A stretch of 23,521 bases of DNA, taken from IMG/VR virus record IMGVR_UViG_2529293249_000013, positions 1 to 23,521 of that record; one strand, given 5' to 3'. A program made the position numbers and the translations under genes. This DNA comes from a virus (lineage: Duplodnaviria; Heunggongvirae; Uroviricota; Caudoviricetes). The notes beneath the pieces are model-generated. The model searched no databases. It was not told the DNA's origin and saw only the letters and a program-made list of their open reading frames with translations. This document shows, one piece after another, positions 17,091 through 23,521 of the stretch (its first letter is position 1; every line of letters starts with the position of its first letter).

Positions 17091-17975
17091 TTATTCGATT
17101 TTTGCGCCGGGGCATAATTTGTTGAATTCGTCTTGTTTCGCATCAGCACCGCCACCACGTACTTCCGGCTCTGGCTTGATGGCTTTCTTTGGTTTTGGAG
17201 CAAGGCTTACCTGTTTGCTAATCTGCCCCAAGAGGAATGCTGCGCGAATTGGATCTGTCTCAGCGGCTACACGCTGGCGTAATTGCTGGCTCTTACCTAA
17301 GCCATAGGCGAGTAGTTCAGAGCCTTCGTCTGCACAGTGAATGATGATTTCCTGCTGAATTGGTGGTAGCTCACTAAGAACAATGGCCTCCATTTCCTGA
17401 TAATCTTTCACAGGAAGTTTGGCTGCCCGTTGTTTATGCGCTTCTACCCTTTGCTGGAAACGCTGTTGGTATTCCTGTTGCTGACGTAGTTTTTGTTGCT
17501 GCTGCTGTTCGACACGGCCTTTTTTCTCATGCCAATCAGTCAATGCCTGTTCAAACGCCTGTTCGTCATAATCACACGACTCAAGAGTCGGTTTTGGTGG
17601 AATAGCGTCTGGTTGTGGTTGCTGATGTTCCGCAGGCTTGGCTAATGCTTCCTCAAGCTGGCGGCGCAACTCACGGTTTTCTTTCTGTGTTTCTTTGAAG
17701 CCTTTGCGAAGATCTTTCACCCATTGCGGTGCAGGTTGCCCGTCAATGTGATCATCATCGTCAGCGTTAAGCTGAATTTCTTCATCACCAATACGCAAGG
17801 CGTAATCTTCTGGTGTCTCTTCGGTTTTTTCAGGCTCAGTTGCCACCTCTTTACCGTTGTCATCCTGGCTTTCATTCTCAGGCTGTGACTCTGTTTGGAT
17901 GATGGTTTCTTCTGCATTTTCCTGTGTTTCAGACAGGCCAATAACCTGACCGTCGATGATCAGTTCGTTTTCCAT
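17091..17975 (-). CDS. Scaffolding protein
   Basis: 294-aa ORF between portal and coat. Highly acidic N-terminal third and a Gln/Arg-rich helical region (EQQQQQKLRQQQEYQQRFQQRVEAHKQR), typical of scaffolding proteins. RBS AGGAG. Confidence 0.8.
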   Translation of the reverse strand: MENELIIDGQVIGLSETQENAEETIIQTESQPENESQDDNGKEVATEPEKTEETPEDYALRIGDEEIQLNADDDDHIDGQPAPQWVKDLRKGFKETQKENRELRRQLEEALAKPAEHQQPQPDAIPPKPTLESCDYDEQAFEQALTDWHEKKGRVEQQQQQKLRQQQEYQQRFQQRVEAHKQRAAKLPVKDYQEMEAIVLSELPPIQQEIIIHCADEGSELLAYGLGKSQQLRQRVAAETDPIRAAFLLGQISKQVSLAPKPKKAIKPEPEVRGGGADAKQDEFNKLCPGAKIE

Positions 17976-17988
17976 TGATTACTCCTAG

Positions 17989-20115
17989 TTAACTCGGCAT
18001 TAAGTCTGCCGGAGACTGTGGTGGTGACTGGAATTGCTGTTGTTGTGACTCGGAGACATCTTTCAGAAGGCGTATTGCCTCCATCACTGCTTTGTCATCG
18101 ATGTTTCTGGCTTGGGCCAGTTTATAGACAGTGTTTGCCTGACTCTCCATCGCATCCTGCTGGGCAGTAAATGCTTTGATTTGAGTTTGAGCAGTTTCGT
18201 TAGTTGCTTTTTGCGCTTCTGCCTGCGCTGCTACCATTTGCGCCTGAGCGAGAACCATTTCAGGATTTGGCTGGCTTTGTGCTGCCATTTGCGCCTGTTG
18301 AACAATCTGCTGCTCTTTCTCATTGCGTGGTTTTGCAATACCAGATATCAGCAGTTGGTTTCGGTTGTACTCTTTGAAGTCATCAAGGCCTTCGCCATCG
18401 ATATTGTCCAGAATAATACCCTGAATTGCCGGGCGCATTGGGTCTGTTGGAAGCATAGAGCTAAGGACATTTGTCAGTACAGAAACCGTTGCATCACGTC
18501 GTGCTGTGTAGCTTGGTCCAACATCAACCGTCACATCGTATCGACCGACAGAAAGGTCATTTAACGCAACAACAGCCCCTGTTTGCCTGTCAACAACCTG
18601 TGCGCTCAGGACAGCGATATCATCACTTCCATCTTCGTTAACGATGCGCACTTCACGTTCTGAACCGTACACTTCACGCGCCATTGACAGCCATACTTCA
18701 CCAGCGCGTTTAAGACTTTTCGCCATATTGTCCAGATAGATAAACGAAGCCATATCTGCTCTGTTCATCAAGTTGTTAACCGTTTCCTGAGCAATATTAC
18801 TTGGCATCTGCTGCATGGCCTGACTGCCGCCTGTAACCTCCTGAATATCTGCACTGGTTTGCTGTAGTAATGCAGCCAATGCCTGATTCATAACCGCAGG
18901 CTGTGTATATCCTGCCGGGGTAGCTCCAGCGATAATGTTGCCAGATTTATCTCTCACTTCGCGCAACGGCAAGAACGCTGGGCGTTTCTTGTTGCGAGCC
19001 TCCCAGTGCTTCTCAAGTCCACGAATTTGCTCCATGCCAACTATAGGGATCTGACCGGGGTCTTGCGCTGCAGTATCAGCCAGCATTGAAACCTGAAGGT
19101 TGTACAAACGCTGTGGATCCATTGCTTTTGCAATGTGCCCTTCGACACGCTCAATGTCATCAATGAACCAGCGTTTTCCATAAACCGGGATGAGGGGGAT
19201 ATGCTCACCAGGAATACGTCGAGGTTTCTCAAGGAAACCATCACCATCCACTACGGATACATACACACGACGGCGCTTCACTGAGCGCCTTGCCACTTCC
19301 TGAAATCCAGCTATTGCCAGTTCATCTTCTATATCTTCAACCTGATCACTGTCGTATGTTGCAACCTCTCCAGTGATTGGATGTCGATAACTGATGACGT
19401 CAACAGACTCTTTACGAACTTCGTAATACTTCGCTATGTAAATAACATCTTCATCAAACCAGTCATATTCCCAACTGGTCATAGACGTTACGTCCAGAGA
19501 AGCAGGAGGTTTCTTTCCGTATTCAGCCTCATATTTTTCAGGTGACAACGAATACATGCAGAACGCCCACAACGCGTCAGATTTGTCGTACTTCTTAGCG
19601 TCAGGGTCAAACCACACAGAGCGCGACGGGTCGTATATTGGTTCAATAGCAATACGCTGACGATCGTCCATGGGGTCGTATTCATTGACCAGCATCGACG
19701 TCAAACGGAAGCAACCGAAACCACCAGTAGCAGCGTCGTCAAATGCATTATCGCAAGCCTCACCGCCATCAGTTTCTTCGTAGTCAGCACGGAACAGACC
19801 ATTTAATTTATTGGCTAACTCTTCGCTTGCCTCTCTGTCACCAGGACGAAACTTAACGGTGATTCTATTATTGCGGTATTCTGCAATGATGCGGTTAAGT
19901 TCAGTTGCTACCTTATTGATTTCAAACTTAGGATACTTCTCGAACTGCTCATCAAGCTTAGTTCCAGCCGCCGTTGCTCCTTCCCATTGACCTCCGGGGA
20001 CACGAGCAAACCTCGTAGCTTCAATGCACTTTTCGCGCACTTCCTTCTGTGGAGAATAGGCGCGGTCAAACCTGAGCATGATCCGCTCATGTTTTTTCTC
20101 TAATGTCTCTGCCAT
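17989..20115 (-). CDS. Portal protein
   Basis: About 708 aa from ATG at 20115 (MAETLEKKHERI...), which sits just after the large terminase stop. The six-frame ORF extends to 20187, so a longer 732-aa form is possible. Size and position match a P22-like portal. Confidence 0.9.
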   Translation of the reverse strand: MAETLEKKHERIMLRFDRAYSPQKEVREKCIEATRFARVPGGQWEGATAAGTKLDEQFEKYPKFEINKVATELNRIIAEYRNNRITVKFRPGDREASEELANKLNGLFRADYEETDGGEACDNAFDDAATGGFGCFRLTSMLVNEYDPMDDRQRIAIEPIYDPSRSVWFDPDAKKYDKSDALWAFCMYSLSPEKYEAEYGKKPPASLDVTSMTSWEYDWFDEDVIYIAKYYEVRKESVDVISYRHPITGEVATYDSDQVEDIEDELAIAGFQEVARRSVKRRRVYVSVVDGDGFLEKPRRIPGEHIPLIPVYGKRWFIDDIERVEGHIAKAMDPQRLYNLQVSMLADTAAQDPGQIPIVGMEQIRGLEKHWEARNKKRPAFLPLREVRDKSGNIIAGATPAGYTQPAVMNQALAALLQQTSADIQEVTGGSQAMQQMPSNIAQETVNNLMNRADMASFIYLDNMAKSLKRAGEVWLSMAREVYGSEREVRIVNEDGSDDIAVLSAQVVDRQTGAVVALNDLSVGRYDVTVDVGPSYTARRDATVSVLTNVLSSMLPTDPMRPAIQGIILDNIDGEGLDDFKEYNRNQLLISGIAKPRNEKEQQIVQQAQMAAQSQPNPEMVLAQAQMVAAQAEAQKATNETAQTQIKAFTAQQDAMESQANTVYKLAQARNIDDKAVMEAIRLLKDVSESQQQQFQSPPQSPADLMPS

Positions 20116-20117
20116 GT

Positions 20118-21530
20118 TTACCAACCGGAGGATGAGGGAACGTATATTTCTGTTTCTTCGCGGACCAATGCCGGGCAATGCATACACATCATCAGCGCAT
20201 CAGCCAGGTTAGGAGATGGAATACCGAGCTTCTGCTTCATTTCGACCTTAGTCATTAGCTCAAGCTTCCCGTTGTTATTGAATTTGCGCTGAATCTGCGT
20301 CAGTTCTGCAAACAGCTTCTCCAGCATCTTCTCGCCTATCGCTTCTTTGTCGAAACTCAGCATGTCGTCGGGGTCTGCATACTCACCGTGAACAACCGCC
20401 CGATATGTCAGATACAGCCTGTCAGCCAGCGCGTAATAGAATTGCGCTCGCTTATTGCGGAACACATCGCCAATAGTGCGAACGTTGTCGCCCTGTACGA
20501 CTTCATCGGCCCATGCTCCGGCCTGATATGGTGCATCTTCATCGAATGGCGATTCGCTACCCTTGAACATCGTGGCGGTGATTTTCTTGCCGGAGAACGC
20601 TTCCGTTGTCTGTCTGCGTAGCCCCGCACCAACACCATCACCATCCCACAGGTAATGGTCAGCGCTGTCTTCAATCGCCAGCAAAGTAGCCCAGTCAGCA
20701 CCCTCGTTGATGTCCATCAGCAGACCTTCGGCAATGCGCTTAACCACCGAACCGTGACGCGATGCGTAACCTTTAGCATCTGGCCCTGTATCTGACGGGT
20801 CATGTGCAGAAACAACCGCGCCTTTCGCTTTCCATCCGAGTTTCTTGTGCGCATCGGTTGCGGCTTCAAGCCATTCACGTTTGATGATTGCCATATCACT
20901 TGCGCTTACTGGCTCACCAAGCCAGATGTGACGATACAGTGTCGGATTTCTGCGTTTGCACTCTTCCATCTCCAGACGGAGAACTTCAGGAAAGTGCGGA
21001 TTGTCGGTGTAGTTCACCGTCAGCAGACAAATATCATCAGGAGGGTTTACGACGAATCGCTGATAGGTATCGTCGAGGATGTTTTTCGGGTTAAAGCTCA
21101 CCCATATTTCAGAGAACGGCTTACGGATGGTTGGTATCAGGATATCCCATGATTCCTTCGTTACCGCTTCCGCTTCTTCCACCCAGCAGATATCAATGCC
21201 TTCGAGCGATTTAATCTTCGTCGGGTTGTTTTTGATGCCGTAGAACATGAATTCAGCATTCGTTCCGAGATGACGAATCATTGAACGCTGAATTTCAAAC
21301 TCAGCCGAATACCCTTCCCGCTCTATGGTGTCTTCAAGCAACCGGATTACCGAATCGCTGATACTGTTTTGCAGTTCACGAGCGCAGAGAATACGCACAG
21401 GCTGCCGGCGCGCCGCTTCAACAAGCAGCCTCGCAATTGCCCATGATTTACCGCTACCTCGACCGCCTTTGGCAACTTTGTAGCGATGCGCCTCAATGAA
21501 CGGTTCAAAGATAGGATTAATCGAGGTCAT
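20118..21530 (-). CDS. Terminase large subunit
   Basis: 470-aa ORF with Walker A motif KGGRGSGKSWA near the N-terminus. Start overlaps the small terminase stop (ATGA). Confidence 0.9.
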   Translation of the reverse strand: MTSINPIFEPFIEAHRYKVAKGGRGSGKSWAIARLLVEAARRQPVRILCARELQNSISDSVIRLLEDTIEREGYSAEFEIQRSMIRHLGTNAEFMFYGIKNNPTKIKSLEGIDICWVEEAEAVTKESWDILIPTIRKPFSEIWVSFNPKNILDDTYQRFVVNPPDDICLLTVNYTDNPHFPEVLRLEMEECKRRNPTLYRHIWLGEPVSASDMAIIKREWLEAATDAHKKLGWKAKGAVVSAHDPSDTGPDAKGYASRHGSVVKRIAEGLLMDINEGADWATLLAIEDSADHYLWDGDGVGAGLRRQTTEAFSGKKITATMFKGSESPFDEDAPYQAGAWADEVVQGDNVRTIGDVFRNKRAQFYYALADRLYLTYRAVVHGEYADPDDMLSFDKEAIGEKMLEKLFAELTQIQRKFNNNGKLELMTKVEMKQKLGIPSPNLADALMMCMHCPALVREETEIYVPSSSGW

Positions 21531-21949
21531 TTTCCGAATAGAGTGCTCATCGGTGATGTTTCAATCTGAATTGCGCCGCCGTCCTTACCGACAAGCTCGT
21601 TAGTTACCTTGTCGCCATACTTACGGGGATTCATTCGGGCCAGCGCCCATTTGCGGGTATCAACGCGAAGTCTTGCCTTTGCCACCTCAGCAGCATCTGG
21701 AATCGCATTGTCAGCAATTTCGAATATCTCTTCGAAAATAGAATCAGCTCGTGCCTCAGTTGCCTTCGCGTACTTGTCGCGAAAATCCTCATGCTTTGCC
21801 AACCAGCGGAAAACAGTGGACTTATCCGGCATACCAGGACGCTTACATACTTTCAGCAAACTTTCGCCAGAAGAAAGCAACGAGCAGATATCGTCAGCCA
21901 CCTCCGGCATATAATCAGAGGGGCGACCAGCTTTTGGTTCAGTCGCCAT
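21527..21949 (-). CDS. Terminase small subunit (Sf6 gp1-like)
   Basis: Six-frame ORF 21527-21955 trimmed to the second ATG (21949), which has better RBS spacing. The 140-aa product MATEPKAGRPSDYMPEVADDICSLLSSGESLLKVCKRPGMPDKSTVFRWL matches my recollection of the Sf6 small terminase. Confidence 0.85.
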   Translation of the reverse strand: MATEPKAGRPSDYMPEVADDICSLLSSGESLLKVCKRPGMPDKSTVFRWLAKHEDFRDKYAKATEARADSIFEEIFEIADNAIPDAAEVAKARLRVDTRKWALARMNPRKYGDKVTNELVGKDGGAIQIETSPMSTLFGK

Positions 21950-21972
21950 ATTCATCTCACTTAGTTGTTATT

Positions 21973-22152
21973 TCAGGTTGAGGACTCTTTCGCGCTTTCA
22001 ATCAGTGACTGCTTCAGCAATTCGAGTGTGCCAATCGCCTCGCATAAACTGATTTCACCATCGTAATCATGAATGACGCTTTCCAGCCTCTCGTATAGCT
22101 CTTGAGTAATTGGGAATTTCTTCTCCTTACCCAAATTGATTACGCGGCTCAC
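21973..22152 (-). CDS. Hypothetical small protein (59 aa), possibly ribbon-helix-helix-like
   Basis: Not in the six-frame list (under 60 aa). GTG start at 22152 with GGAG 6 nt upstream, stop TGA at 21973. My translation: (M)SRVINLGKEKKFPITQELYERLESVIHDYDGEISLCEAIGTLELLKQSLIESAKESST. Confidence 0.3.
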   Translation of the reverse strand: MSRVINLGKEKKFPITQELYERLESVIHDYDGEISLCEAIGTLELLKQSLIESAKESST

Positions 22153-22153
22153 A

Positions 22154-22396
22154 TCATGCTCCGGTAGTGAACAGGTCTAACGCTTCCTTCGATTTACGCA
22201 CCGCTTCGATAGTGCGAGATGTGAAGTCTGGATTTGCACCGCCATCGTTGTAGTGCAACTTGAACAATTCCAGTTTCAGCTGGTCAGCACCAATGAATGC
22301 AAAAGCTTCCTCTGCCGCTGAATTGTTCTTAGATAGCAGTCGGTAAATTTCTAACTTGAATTTCTGTTCTTCAGTCATGGGAATAATCTCTGCCAT
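22154..22396 (-). CDS. Hypothetical 80-aa protein upstream of the terminase genes
   Basis: ORF with ACGGAG 8 nt upstream of ATG at 22396. Acidic, predicted helical; no recognised family. Confidence 0.5.
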   Translation of the reverse strand: MAEIIPMTEEQKFKLEIYRLLSKNNSAAEEAFAFIGADQLKLELFKLHYNDGGANPDFTSRTIEAVRKSKEALDLFTTGA

Positions 22397-22417
22397 TGTT
22401 GGCTCCGTTTATCCGTT

Positions 22418-22447
22418 AAAAGGGATATCAGTTAAGTTATCCCGTGT
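22418..22447 (-). terminator. Hairpin with T-run on the minus strand, upstream of the 80-aa ORF (possible terminator or RNA element)
   Basis: Minus strand: GGGATA-acttaactga-TATCCC followed by TTTTAACGG (plus strand AAAAGGGATATCAGTTAAGTTATCCCGTG). Confidence 0.25.
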
Positions 22448-22844
22448 AGGGTATAAGCCATTGTCGAGACCACTCATTGAATGGCCTCTGCAATAACCGA
22501 TGTCTTTCCATCAGTCCGCCACCACAAAGAATCTTTTTTTGCCATAAGGCAGGAGGTTCATCTTTCAGTGGCTGCCAGTGTTATTTCCCCACTTACTGGC
22601 TTGGGTTGTTTCGCTGTACTGCCGTAACTGGTTGCCCAGAATAAATTCCGGTTTCATTATCAAGCCCACCCGTAGATAGGCTTTGTAATGAACTGGCTCT
22701 TATCTCAACGCAGCCCCTTACCGCGCGCCAGATGCTCAATATCAAGCATCAGCAATGAGATGTTTAATCTGGATTCACTCCAGAAGTGATCATCACCCTG
22801 TCTACAGAGCCAGATGTGAAGGATGATGAGTAAAATTATCGCTA

Positions 22845-23312
22845 TCATCGAAGGCATTGCGTCCTGATGTATTCCTGAAGCGTTCTCAGTGCTGTTTGGT
22901 CGCGGATAATTCCGTCCCGGACACCGAGAACGTTTCGTCCAGCAACTGGAGAGAGTTCGACGGTGGAATCATTGCCCATGCCGGAGGCGCCGGAGGTTTC
23001 GGCTGAGGATGGCACATGGCATTTTCCTTTGACGAGCACCCTGCCACCATTATCAAGCTTGCGCCGAAGAGCATCATTTTCAGCTTTCGCATCAGCTAGC
23101 TCCTTCGTGTATTTAGCATCGAGTGCATCAGCAGCACGCTGGCGTTGCTGCATGTCAGTAATGGTGGCGGTCGCCTGCTTCAGCTCACTGACTTTTTTAT
23201 CACGCTGTTCTTTGTAGGCGATGGCATTATCACGGTAATGATTGACCGCCCACGACAGGCAGACGATGATGCAGATAACCAGAGCGGAGATAATCGCGGT
23301 TACTCTGTTCAT
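22845..23312 (-). CDS. rz: Rz i-spanin (lambda Rz-like)
   Basis: 155-aa product [39 protein letters not shown]...[19 protein letters not shown] is nearly identical over long stretches to lambda Rz as recalled. Start overlaps the endolysin stop. Confidence 0.9.
   Translation of the reverse strand: MNRVTAIISALVICIIVCLSWAVNHYRDNAIAYKEQRDKKVSELKQATATITDMQQRQRAADALDAKYTKELADAKAENDALRRKLDNGGRVLVKGKCHVPSSAETSGASGMGNDSTVELSPVAGRNVLGVRDGIIRDQTALRTLQEYIRTQCLR
22886..23092 (-). CDS. rz1: Rz1 o-spanin lipoprotein, embedded in the +1 frame of Rz
   Basis: [21 protein letters not shown] (signal peptide plus lipobox LIMVAGC) followed by a proline-rich segment [11 protein letters not shown]; wholly inside Rz, as in lambda. 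Confidence 0.8.
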   Translation of the reverse strand: MRKLKMMLFGASLIMVAGCSSKENAMCHPQPKPPAPPAWAMIPPSNSLQLLDETFSVSGTELSATKQH

Positions 23313-23521
23313 ACCTCAATCTCTCTGACCGTTCCACCCGCTTCTTTGAATTTTGCAATCAGGCTGTCAGCCTTATGCTCGAACTGACCATAACCAGCGC
23401 CCGGCAGTGAAGCCCAGATATTACTGCAACGGTCGATTGCCTGACGGATATCACCGCGATCAATCATCGGTAAAGCGCCACGCTCCTTAATCTGCTGCAG
23501 TGCAACAGCGTCCTGGCTTTT
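23309..23521 (-). CDS. Endolysin C-terminal fragment (lambda R-like transglycosylase); 5-prime part lies beyond the window
   Basis: My translation of the minus strand gives ...[62 protein letters not shown]-stop, essentially the lambda R C-terminus as recalled. Stop at 23309 overlaps the Rz start. Confidence 0.85.
   Translation of the reverse strand, partial: KSQDAVALQQIKERGALPMIDRGDIRQAIDRCSNIWASLPGAGYGQFEHKADSLIAKFKEAGGTVREIEV

Noticed and set aside
18112-18564. 150-aa plus-strand ORF inside the portal gene
   Set aside because: Antisense to the portal coding sequence; Cys/Leu-rich low-complexity translation typical of a non-coding frame.
20802-21152. 116-aa plus-strand ORF (and other 60-100-aa ORFs at 20388-21094) inside the large terminase gene
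   Set aside because: All overlap the terminase coding strand in antisense or alternate frames and lack start-site signals.
22444-22844. Possible bor-like lipoprotein gene or tRNA downstream of Rz
   Set aside because: No ORF with a signal peptide/lipobox and no tRNA-like motifs were found in either strand; only short ORFs under 50 aa without RBS.

Overview
The window is almost entirely one P22-like (Sf6/CUS-3-type, mosaic) short-tailed lambdoid phage or prophage, with its late operon on the minus strand. Read right to left it runs: endolysin 3-prime end (lambda R-like, cut by the window edge), Rz/Rz1 spanins, two small ORFs, small and large terminase, portal, scaffold, coat, gp4, gp10, tail needle (gp26-like), gp14, then ejection proteins gp7/gp20/gp16. 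An accessory stretch follows (about 4.47-8.13 kb): an AT-rich islet (small membrane ORF, 121-aa HExxH protein, YjzC-like ORF) and an immI-like antirepressor region with two Mnt-like and one Arc-like ribbon-helix-helix repressors plus Bro-N and KilAC-type antirepressor genes. Next is a tailspike with a P22 gp9 head-binding N-terminus and a divergent AT-rich receptor-binding body, then on the plus strand a low-GC hexapeptide-repeat acetyltransferase (likely lysogenic-conversion moron) and a P4-type tyrosine integrase at the window start. No rRNA, tRNA, CRISPR array or transposase was seen. The most interesting candidates are the acetyltransferase-tailspike cassette, the duplicated/mosaic immI region with a possible sar-like antisense RNA, and the AT-rich islet with the minimal HExxH protein. 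All calls rest on reading the ORF translations and sequence motifs; no database search was run.
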